The notes beneath the pieces are model-generated. The model saw only the letters and a list, made by a program, of their open reading frames with translations. It was not told the origin of the DNA and did no database searches. Below are positions 9,268 through 15,219 of a stretch of DNA of 15,219 nt, one piece after another; the stretch's first letter is position 1, and the number at the start of each line of letters is the position of its first letter. The stretch is from Acidobacteriota bacterium (lineage in GTDB: Bacteria > Acidobacteriota > UBA6911 > RPQK01), in contig JBHGBF010000129.1 in NCBI GenBank assembly GCA_041946865.1, positions 1 through 15,219 of the forward strand, read 5' to 3'. The translations under genes were made by a program, and so were the position numbers.

Positions 9268-10335
9268 TCACTCCTCGCCTGCCGCCGCGGCTTCGTTCTT
9301 CTTGGGCACGCCGTCCGGATGGCAGTCAGCACAGGCAACGAAGTGGATATTGTGCCGGCTCTCGGGAGATTTGAAGCTGGTATCCATTATTGCGACGTCA
9401 AGCCCGCAGTTGGACAGCCGCGGATGACAGGACGCGCACGAATGCCGGGCATCGAGCGAATGCATGGCATGACAGCTTAAGCAGCTGAGCCCCTCGTGCA
9501 CGCCTCGGGGGGTGCGGTCATCACCCGCGCCGGCCTTCTGAAATGCGACAGACGCATGGCACTGAAAACAGACGCGCTGGCGCGGATCGGGGGCCACGAC
9601 CAGCGCCCGCTCGACCTCCTTGAGAGCGGGTGCAGGGAGGATGGCCGCCTCAAAATGCCGCCCTTCGCGCCGATCGTAGAAGCTGAGGCGCGGGAGCCGG
9701 GACGGGCGATCGGCCGCAATCGTCTTGGGGTTACTGTAATCGGGGCGACTGGCGACGCCCCCTTTGACGTGGATCTCATGACAGGCCAGGCACGGTATGA
9801 CAGGCCTCGATGCCTGACCGGGGTCCAGCATTTTCCACGGTCCCTGGACGCTGATCGGAGCCACGAGAGCCTCTATCGTCTTCTCATAGAACATGCCGTG
9901 ACAGCGGAGGCAGTCGGAATTGAGCTGTTGTGTCTGGTTATGTCCGGGGTGGAGGAAGATATCGGAATAGCGCGCCGAATGGCCGCTTGACGTCCAATCT
10001 GCAAATTCACGTTCATGGCATGCCTTGCAGCGGTTCATCGTCTGGACAATCTGTTCTTCGGTCAGGCGCAGATCGTCATGCGGCTGATCTGAATAGTGAG
10101 TCGCCAGGCGGCGCGAATTTTCCCACAGGCTGTGGAAACCATTGCTCAAGACGCTTCCGTGGCAAGCGTCACACTTGATGTCCCGATGCGGGGAGCGTGT
10201 CCACAGATCGTGGGCCGGGCGTATCTCGTGGCATTTCACGCAAGTCGCGTCCGGCCGCGCCAGGTGCCAGTAAGAACCGAAGCTGACGGCCATAAGCGCC
10301 AGGACCAGCAATGCCAGGTAGGCAAGTTTACGCAT
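9268..10335 (-). CDS. Membrane-anchored or secreted multiheme c-type cytochrome with nine CxxCH heme-binding motifs. Candidate cytochrome subunit of the adjacent flavoprotein dehydrogenase.
   Basis: Nine CxxCH motifs: CVKCH, CDACH, CKACH, CLRCH, CLACH, CFQCH, CLSCH, CASCH and CADCH. The start is taken at ATG 10335 (MRKLAYLALLVLALMAVSFGSYWHLA, a hydrophobic N-terminal anchor or signal). The ORF-track start at 10413 would overlap the upstream GMC gene stop. It lies 23 bp downstream of the GMC large-subunit stop. Confidence 0.85.
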   Translation of the reverse strand: MRKLAYLALLVLALMAVSFGSYWHLARPDATCVKCHEIRPAHDLWTRSPHRDIKCDACHGSVLSNGFHSLWENSRRLATHYSDQPHDDLRLTEEQIVQTMNRCKACHEREFADWTSSGHSARYSDIFLHPGHNQTQQLNSDCLRCHGMFYEKTIEALVAPISVQGPWKMLDPGQASRPVIPCLACHEIHVKGGVASRPDYSNPKTIAADRPSRLPRLSFYDRREGRHFEAAILPAPALKEVERALVVAPDPRQRVCFQCHASVAFQKAGAGDDRTPRGVHEGLSCLSCHAMHSLDARHSCASCHPRLSNCGLDVAIMDTSFKSPESRHNIHFVACADCHPDGVPKKNEAAAAGEE

Positions 10336-10358
10336 GAATGATTGACACTCCCAAACAC

Positions 10359-12017
10359 TCAGGACTTGAACCGGGTCCCTTTCCACTGCGTCTTGATGTA
10401 GCCGGCGACCCAATAGCCCAAGGCCATGATGGTCAATGCCGGATTGAAGCCCCCGTTCGTCACGTGGAGGCTTCCGTCGGCGACGAACAGGTTGTCAATC
10501 TCGTGAACCTGGCCGTATCGATTGGTCACCGAAGTCTTCGGATCGTTTCCCATGCGGCAGGTCCCGGCCTGGTGCTGCCCGCCGCTGAGGCCCCGGCCCG
10601 GAACGCGTTGCCATGTCTTGATCGCGCCGGCGGCCTTCAGCCATTCCTCAGCCCGAGCTGCCATGTACCTGCCAACTTCAACATCGTGCGGATGGCGACG
10701 GCCGGACAGCTTTGCCACAGGGATACCCCAGTAATCGCAAACGCCCGGCTCGACCTCGACACGAGCCTCGAAAACCGGCATTTCCTGGACAGGTCCTTGA
10801 ACGCCGGCATGGCGTCGGAACCAGCTGCGCTGAAAATCCTTGTGCGCCCGGCCCCACCGCGCGCTCCCCGGCTCATGACGGTTCGCGAACAGGTAAGGAA
10901 GCCGGATAAACTCGTTAGCCAGCATCGATCCGCCGGCGAGTCCCGGCGGGAGCCGGTGGTTGTAATCGCAGACAGCAATACAGGCGCCCGGCCCGACATC
11001 GTCGTAAACGTCACTGGCAAAAAGCCCGTACGCGCCTGAATAGGCGTGGCCCTGCAGGTTCCGGCCGACCCAATCGTTCCTGTTGCCCAAGCCGTTCGGA
11101 AACAATCGGGACCTGGAGTTGAGCAGGAGCCTGGGAGTCTCTGTCGCGCAACAAGACAGCACAATCAGGTCAGCCGTCTGGATCTGTTCGCGGTCCTGCC
11201 CATCGAAGTACCTGACCGCGCGCGCACGACCACGATCATCGGTCAGGATCTCGGCCGCAACAGATTCCGTTCGCAACTCGCACTGGCCCGTTCGCAGCGC
11301 CGCAGGGATAACGGTGTTATGAGTCCCGCATTTCGCATTGACTTCACAGGCAAACCCCACGCAATAGCGGCAGTGTACGCAGGCCGGCCTGCCATCGTAC
11401 GGGACGGTATTGCGCAACATCGGGATAGGAAAAGGGTGAAGGTCCAGCCCGATTGCCGCCTTTTCCAGTATCCGGCCTTCCAGAGTGTAAGGATGCGGCG
11501 GCATCGGGTAAGGCTTGCGCCGCGGCGAGGCGAAAGGATTCAAACTCGCGTCGCCGGAAACACCGATTTCCCATTCTGCTTTCTCGTAGCAGGGTTCCAG
11601 GTCGGCGTAGGCGATCGGCCAGTCCTCGAGAGTCGATCCTTCAGGGGCGCCGTAGATCGACCGCATCCTGAAGTCCTGCTCCATGAAACGCCAGGCCATG
11701 GCGCCGTAACTCACGGTTCCGGAGCCGACGCAGGCTGCGTTGTTGTTGTAGGCGTCCTCGCTCGGCAACACGATCCGCCAGCGGCCGGCGGAATCCTGCA
11801 CGACCCGGCGGTGGCGCCTGTCATCGGGACCAAAGGCGTTGCCGAGCACCGTGGTTCTCTGGCTGATCAGCTCGTCGTGATCGTGATCCTCAAAGCGGGC
11901 CCAGCCGCCCCGTTCGAGCAGGACCACCGTCAGTCCGGCTTCCGCAAGCTCCTTGGCGACGATCCCGCCCCCGGCACCCGCTCCGATCACCACTGCATTC
12001 ACGTGCTTTAAAGCCAT
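10359..12017 (-). CDS. GMC-family FAD-dependent oxidoreductase. Candidate large catalytic subunit of a membrane-bound three-subunit flavoprotein dehydrogenase (gluconate 2-dehydrogenase, fructose dehydrogenase or FAD-glucose dehydrogenase type).
   Basis: The N-terminal Rossmann motif is NAVVIGAGAGGGIVAKELAEAGLTVVLLERGG. The GMC C-terminal region is GTCRMGNDP...VADGSLHVTNGGFNPALTIMALG. The Cys-rich CVHCRYCVGFACEVNAKC (aa 213-230) resembles the 3Fe-4S motif of FAD-GDH catalytic subunits. It is flanked by a Tat small subunit and a cytochrome c. Confidence 0.88.
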   Translation of the reverse strand: MALKHVNAVVIGAGAGGGIVAKELAEAGLTVVLLERGGWARFEDHDHDELISQRTTVLGNAFGPDDRRHRRVVQDSAGRWRIVLPSEDAYNNNAACVGSGTVSYGAMAWRFMEQDFRMRSIYGAPEGSTLEDWPIAYADLEPCYEKAEWEIGVSGDASLNPFASPRRKPYPMPPHPYTLEGRILEKAAIGLDLHPFPIPMLRNTVPYDGRPACVHCRYCVGFACEVNAKCGTHNTVIPAALRTGQCELRTESVAAEILTDDRGRARAVRYFDGQDREQIQTADLIVLSCCATETPRLLLNSRSRLFPNGLGNRNDWVGRNLQGHAYSGAYGLFASDVYDDVGPGACIAVCDYNHRLPPGLAGGSMLANEFIRLPYLFANRHEPGSARWGRAHKDFQRSWFRRHAGVQGPVQEMPVFEARVEVEPGVCDYWGIPVAKLSGRRHPHDVEVGRYMAARAEEWLKAAGAIKTWQRVPGRGLSGGQHQAGTCRMGNDPKTSVTNRYGQVHEIDNLFVADGSLHVTNGGFNPALTIMALGYWVAGYIKTQWKGTRFKS

Positions 12018-12134
12018 GATTCACGCGCCGCCAACGGATCATGAACCCGACGCGCCGGCGGGCGCCGCCTCCCTTAGAAGCCGCCCGGCCCGCCTGTTCG
12101 TCTGATTCGCGTGATCTGTTGCCTGCTCCTGCCC

Positions 12135-12647
12135 TTACGAATACCGGTTTTGCCCGATGATCTGGGGATAATCGAGGCCCAGCATCCGGTAGCTCACGTA
12201 ATCCTTGTTGCCTCCATGCCGGGGACTTCCGTAAAAACCCTGCATGCAGTGATCGCGGATCATCTCGAAGAACCGGGCGGACGGGCCCGACTCGAGCGCC
12301 TGAAGCACTCTGGTTTGCTGATTCCAGCTCAACTGGGCGAAGTTCTTCCCGTACATCGAAGCGCACGTTTGCTCGACCGCTACGAGACCTTCCCGATAGT
12401 CGCGCTGGAACCGCTGGTAGGGTCCCGCCAACTGCTTGTCGATGAAATAGACGACTCCGGCATCAATGGCCCCCGGGTCCTGATCGCGGGGAATAATCTG
12501 ATCACTGATTAGATTGACGAGCTCGGCCTCTGTCTGAGTCAGGAATCGCCACGGCCGCGGCGCTTTCCCGCATGAAAGCAACGCGGAGGCAGCGCCTGCC
12601 GCCGCCACGCCCTTCACAAACACCCGCCTGTTCACCCTCCCCTTCAT
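12135..12647 (-). CDS. Gluconate 2-dehydrogenase subunit 3-like small subunit with a twin-arginine (Tat) signal. The alternative GTG start is at 12686.
   Basis: The twin-arginine motif is NRRVFVKGVAAAGAASALLSCG. The C-terminal region HCMQGFYGSPRHGGNKDY is typical of small subunits of three-subunit GMC dehydrogenases. AAGGGG lies 7 nt upstream of ATG 12647. The ORF track begins at GTG 12686 (MGRPGTKGRRGEG...), which would give a longer n-region. Confidence 0.7.
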   Translation of the reverse strand: MKGRVNRRVFVKGVAAAGAASALLSCGKAPRPWRFLTQTEAELVNLISDQIIPRDQDPGAIDAGVVYFIDKQLAGPYQRFQRDYREGLVAVEQTCASMYGKNFAQLSWNQQTRVLQALESGPSARFFEMIRDHCMQGFYGSPRHGGNKDYVSYRMLGLDYPQIIGQNRYS

Positions 12648-12662
12648 CCCTTCGCCCCTTCG
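12641..12662. repeat. Direct repeat copy A, CCTTCATCC-CTTCGCCCCTTCG. It contains the small-subunit ATG and SD-like purine run on the minus strand.
   Basis: The exact 15-mer CCCTTCGCCCCTTCG at 12648-12662 recurs at 12838-12852. The preceding CCTTCATCC is also shared with copy B. Confidence 0.6.
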
Positions 12663-12826
12663 TCCCTTCGTCCCTGGTCTTCCCACGCACCCGCCGCGCT
12701 TCGCAAAAGACGCTGCGCTTGCGGCTCTGTGGCGCCTTCGGAGCCCCGATGCGCTGCCCTTCCGCTGACGGCCCGCTGGAAAGCGCCGGGCTTGCGGAGC
12801 TGTGGGGCTTTGCCTTCATCCTTCAT
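12644..12826 (-). CDS. Candidate 60-codon small ORF, translationally coupled on both sides. Low-complexity Arg/Ala/Gly/Glu-rich product; may be non-coding.
   Basis: Its ATG overlaps the flotillin TGA as ATGA. Its TGA overlaps the small-subunit ATG as ATGA. Both junctions lie inside copies of the same direct repeat. There is no recognisable domain, and GC3 is about 67 percent, which is not clearly coding-like. Confidence 0.2.
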   Translation of the reverse strand: MKDEGKAPQLRKPGAFQRAVSGRAAHRGSEGATEPQAQRLLRSAAGAWEDQGRRDEGAKG

Positions 12827-12852
12827 CCTTCATCCTTCCCTTCGCCCCTTCG
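12813..12852. repeat. Direct repeat copy B with a 3x tandem 7-mer (CCTTCAT)x3 followed by CCTTCC-CTTCGCCCCTTCG. It encodes the flotillin C-terminus ...RRGEGKDEG and its stop.
   Basis: Three tandem CCTTCAT units at 12813-12833 are followed by the same 15-mer as copy A at 12838-12852. The reading frame relative to RRGEG is the same in both copies. Confidence 0.6.
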
Positions 12853-14415
12853 AACCTCCGCCACGGTCTTGGCCATTGTCTCGGCCACTGCCTGGCCGGC
12901 CGAAGCAGCATTCGTTACGCCGAGCTGAGCGGCAAGGTTGGGGATATTGATGCCGAGGGCTTCCAGCTGCTGAAGCAGGTTGAAAATCAGGGTAGGCGTC
13001 GTCGAGGCGAACTTGTTCACGCCGCTCTGTCCATTGCCTCCGCCCTGCTCGATCACGACGACTTTGTCGATGCTTCCCAGGGGCTGGGCGACGGCGCCGA
13101 AGACCGGCGCCGAGGCGGAAATGATCGCCGGCAGCTTCTCCAGAATCGTCTGCAGTTTCGCGGCTTCGTTGAATTGTTTCCAGGATTCGGCTTTCTTGAG
13201 AATGGCTGCGGCCTCGGCCAAACCTTGCGCCTCGATGGCTCGCGCTTGCGCCAGGCCGATGGCCTCTACCTTTGCGGCTTCGGCCCGGCCTTCGGCCTCG
13301 ATCGCAGCTGCCCGGCCCAAGCCCTCCTTGCGCAGCCGTTCCTGATCAGCCTCGGCGATCGCGATCAAAGCGGACTTCCTGCCCTCGGCCTCGAGAATCG
13401 CCGCTTGTTTCAAGGCCTCTGCCCGCAGGATGCTGGCCGTTCGTTCAGCATCGGCCGGCTTGACCACGGTCGCCTCCAACTCCCTTTCACGCCGTTTGAT
13501 CTCTTCATCCTGGACGAAGATCTGCTCGGACGTCCGGATCTTGTCGACTCGGACTTCTTCGGCGATGACCGCCTGCCGGGCCTTGGCGGAAGAGAGCGGC
13601 CCCGCCTGGGCCGCCGTCGCGCGCTGGGTTTCGATCTCGGCCTGGTACTGTGCCCGTTTGATCTCCAGGTCCCGCTGGGCACAAGCGATATTAGCCTCCG
13701 AATCGAGCTTGACCTTCTCTCCCTCCTGGAGGGCTAAAGACGATTTGATCTTGGCGTCTCGTTGCGCTTCGGCCTCTCCGATTTCCGCATCCCGCTTCAC
13801 TTCGGCCGTGCGCCGCTTGCCGAGAGCATCGAGGTAACCCTCGTCGTCGCTGATCTCCTGGATCGTGAGGACGTCCACCCCGATCCCCATCCGTTCCAGA
13901 TCGGTCGCGGCTTCCGTCGTGAGCTTCTGCGCAAAACTCTGGCGGTCGTTATTGATTTCCTCGACCGTCAGTGTACCGAGTATGGCCCGCAAGTGACCTT
14001 CCAGCGTCTGGAAGATGACTTTTTCGACTTCCTGGGGTGACATCCCCAGGAACCTCTCGGCTGCCGCCTGGAGGGAGACATCATCGCCCTTGATTTTCAC
14101 GTTGGCGACCGCTTTGACGGAAACCGGCACGCCCTTGAGTGTGTACGCCCGCTTGATTTCGAGCGGAATCGTCATCACGTTCAGCGACAGATAGTCGACT
14201 TTTTCAAGAAGAGGCAGACGCAGGGCGGCGCCGCCTTTGATCAGTCGGTATCCGACCACCCGGCCGTCCGCCAGCTTGCGCCTTCGCCCGCTGAATACGG
14301 CTGCCGAGTTGGGCGGAACCTTGATGTAGTTCCGACTGAAAAGTCCCAGCACAATGAAAAACGCCAGGACAATAAAAAGCACGACCACCGGAGTCAAAAG
14401 TGCGCTTAGAGACAT
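12823..14415 (-). CDS. floT: Flotillin-family SPFH-domain protein (FloT/YuaG-like)
   Basis: N-terminal TM helix LLTPVVVLFIVLAFFIVLGLF. SPFH/band-7 core (PLEIKRAYTLKGVPVSVKAVANVKI...TLEGHLRAILGTLTVEEINNDR). A long Ala/Glu-rich coiled coil with EA repeats. The flotillin C-terminal tail is LIFNLLQQLEALGINIPNLAAQLG. AAGGGAG sits 8 nt upstream of the ATG. It lies 15 nt downstream of an NfeD-like gene. Confidence 0.88.
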   Translation of the reverse strand: MSLSALLTPVVVLFIVLAFFIVLGLFSRNYIKVPPNSAAVFSGRRRKLADGRVVGYRLIKGGAALRLPLLEKVDYLSLNVMTIPLEIKRAYTLKGVPVSVKAVANVKIKGDDVSLQAAAERFLGMSPQEVEKVIFQTLEGHLRAILGTLTVEEINNDRQSFAQKLTTEAATDLERMGIGVDVLTIQEISDDEGYLDALGKRRTAEVKRDAEIGEAEAQRDAKIKSSLALQEGEKVKLDSEANIACAQRDLEIKRAQYQAEIETQRATAAQAGPLSSAKARQAVIAEEVRVDKIRTSEQIFVQDEEIKRRERELEATVVKPADAERTASILRAEALKQAAILEAEGRKSALIAIAEADQERLRKEGLGRAAAIEAEGRAEAAKVEAIGLAQARAIEAQGLAEAAAILKKAESWKQFNEAAKLQTILEKLPAIISASAPVFGAVAQPLGSIDKVVVIEQGGGNGQSGVNKFASTTPTLIFNLLQQLEALGINIPNLAAQLGVTNAASAGQAVAETMAKTVAEVRRGEGKDEG

Positions 14416-14430
14416 TGTGATCTCCCTTGC

Positions 14431-15027
14431 TTAGGAGGATTGCTTGCCCGACGTTTCCTGAGCCTGGGTGTCTTTGGCAAGCGGAGTGACGATCACCGAT
14501 TCCCCGATCAGCTCTTCGATCCGCACCAGGGAGTTAAAGGGGATGGGCGAGCCATCACGGGAACGCGCCGTCTTCTCGATGACTTCGTTGCCCAGCAGGC
14601 AACGAATCTGCCCGATATTCCCAGCCGGTATGGCGACAGTCACCTGGGCAGTCCGGCCTATCAAATCCGAAACCTGAATCATGCTCGAGGCCTGCTGCGA
14701 GAAGAGAAAGCGGGCAAAGAAATAGACCGGGGTGGCAAGCAGAACTCCGCCTCCGAAGCCCATCAGCGAGCTGGCAAAAATCGTGTAGCCGCGAGAGACC
14801 GCGATTGCTCCTATCCCGCCAAAGGCCGTGACAAAGACACTCAGAACCCGCGAGCTGAAGAAGCCGGGCCCGCCATGACCGAAATCGTGGTCCCAGTCGT
14901 GGTCAAAATCACCGAACAGGTCGAAGACTTCCCCGAAGACGAGAGAAATGAGGAGGAACAGAAAACCGACGCCCGCAATGCCGAGGAATATCGTCATTGC
15001 GCTGATTTGCGACAGTATTTCCCACAC
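14431..15027 (-). CDS. NfeD-like membrane protein: N-terminal TM helices plus a C-terminal OB-fold, the usual partner of SPFH/flotillin genes
   Basis: There are multiple N-terminal hydrophobic segments. The C-terminal beta-rich segment IQVSDLIGRTAQVTVAIPAGNIGQIRCLLGNEVIEKTARSRDGSPIPFNSLVRIEELIGESVIVTP is typical of the NfeD OB-fold. It sits directly upstream of flotillin, as in yuaF-floT and yqeZ-floA. The start is GTG 15027 per the ORF track, with an alternative ATG at 14997 (MTIFLG...). Confidence 0.72.
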   Translation of the reverse strand: MWEILSQISAMTIFLGIAGVGFLFLLISLVFGEVFDLFGDFDHDWDHDFGHGGPGFFSSRVLSVFVTAFGGIGAIAVSRGYTIFASSLMGFGGGVLLATPVYFFARFLFSQQASSMIQVSDLIGRTAQVTVAIPAGNIGQIRCLLGNEVIEKTARSRDGSPIPFNSLVRIEELIGESVIVTPLAKDTQAQETSGKQSS

Positions 15028-15034
15028 GCAGCGG

Positions 15035-15043
15035 ATTATAGCA
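15035..15043 (-). promoter_or_regulatory. Candidate extended -10 promoter element TGCTATAAT (minus strand), about 7 nt upstream of the NfeD GTG start
   Basis: The plus strand ATTATAGCA at 15035-15043 reverse-complements to TGCTATAAT, an exact TATAAT with an upstream TG. No convincing -35 lies at 17-bp spacing. It would imply a leaderless or near-leaderless transcript. Confidence 0.3.
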
Positions 15044-15179
15044 TTGGATCAAGCTCTCTTGGCGGAGAACCATTCGCCGGTTTTCCGGCTACTCTGTGTC
15101 GGCCTTTCAGGCCCTGGACTTTGGCGAAAATAAACAGATTTGTGAACGTTTTTTACGCCAAAGGCGTTAGGCAAGACAG

Positions 15180-15215
15180 CCCAGGGTTGGCGCGCAGTTG
15201 AGCGCCTACCCTGGG
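15180..15215. other. GC-rich hairpin: a 14-bp stem with one mismatch and an 8-nt loop, at the window edge upstream of the NfeD promoter region
   Basis: CCCAGGGTTGGCGC at 15180-15193 pairs with GCGCCTACCCTGGG at 15202-15215 in 13 of 14 positions. The loop is GCAGTTGA. Confidence 0.4.
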
Positions 15216-15219
15216 AAAC

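Noticed and set aside
10336-10413. ORF-track N-terminal extension of the cytochrome c (MGRRLHQDAVERDPVQVLSVWECQSF...), overlapping the GMC gene stop
   Set aside because: The hydrophobic signal or anchor begins at MRKLAYL (ATG 10335). The extension would put 26 polar residues before it and would overlap the upstream gene.
12813-12833. Tandem 7-mer (CCTTCAT)x3, considered as a possible CRISPR or microsatellite
   Set aside because: There are only three units, with no spacers. The tandem lies inside the flotillin coding tail, encoding KDEG. It is not a CRISPR array and is better explained as part of the direct-repeat scar.
15149-15173. Small hairpin ACGCC-AAA-GGCGT adjacent to a T6 run, considered as an intrinsic terminator
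   Set aside because: The T-run precedes the stem on the plus strand, and the A-run follows it on the minus strand. Neither orientation places a U-tract 3' of the stem.
1-15219. Genomic island, mobile element, integron or phage signals; tRNA or rRNA genes
   Set aside because: There are no integrase or transposase-like ORFs, no terminal inverted repeats, no compositional break visible by eye, and no tRNA-like cloverleaf candidates in the short intergenic regions.

Overview
This is a GC-rich bacterial chromosomal window with no mobile-element, CRISPR, tRNA or rRNA signatures. It splits into two blocks.

Plus-strand block (165-8899):
- A divergent AddAB-type helicase-nuclease pair in addB then addA order. 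Seen motifs: the RecB-family nuclease motif IDYK in both proteins, a C...CxxCx5C iron-sulfur 'staple' cysteine set in AddB, and UvrD-like helicase motifs I, II, III, V and VI in AddA.
- After an 83-bp gap, an AMP-forming long-chain acyl-CoA synthetase (FadD-like).

Minus-strand block (15027 down to 8979), seven co-directional genes:
- an NfeD-like membrane protein, tightly followed by a flotillin (SPFH) gene;
- a 175-bp spacer with short direct repeats that brackets a 60-codon ORF with ATGA stop/start overlaps at both ends;
- a three-gene flavoprotein dehydrogenase module resembling membrane-bound gluconate-2-dehydrogenase or fructose dehydrogenase: a Tat-signal small subunit, a GMC-family FAD large subunit carrying a Cys cluster, and an unusually heme-rich c-type cytochrome with nine CxxCH motifs and an N-terminal anchor or signal;
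- a dodecin-family flavin-binding mini-protein with a strong Shine-Dalgarno sequence.

The most interesting candidate is this NfeD/flotillin, three-subunit flavoprotein dehydrogenase with a nonaheme cytochrome, and dodecin arrangement, which may be a flotillin-scaffolded periplasmic dehydrogenase/electron-export module. All calls rest on motifs read from the translations. No database search was run.
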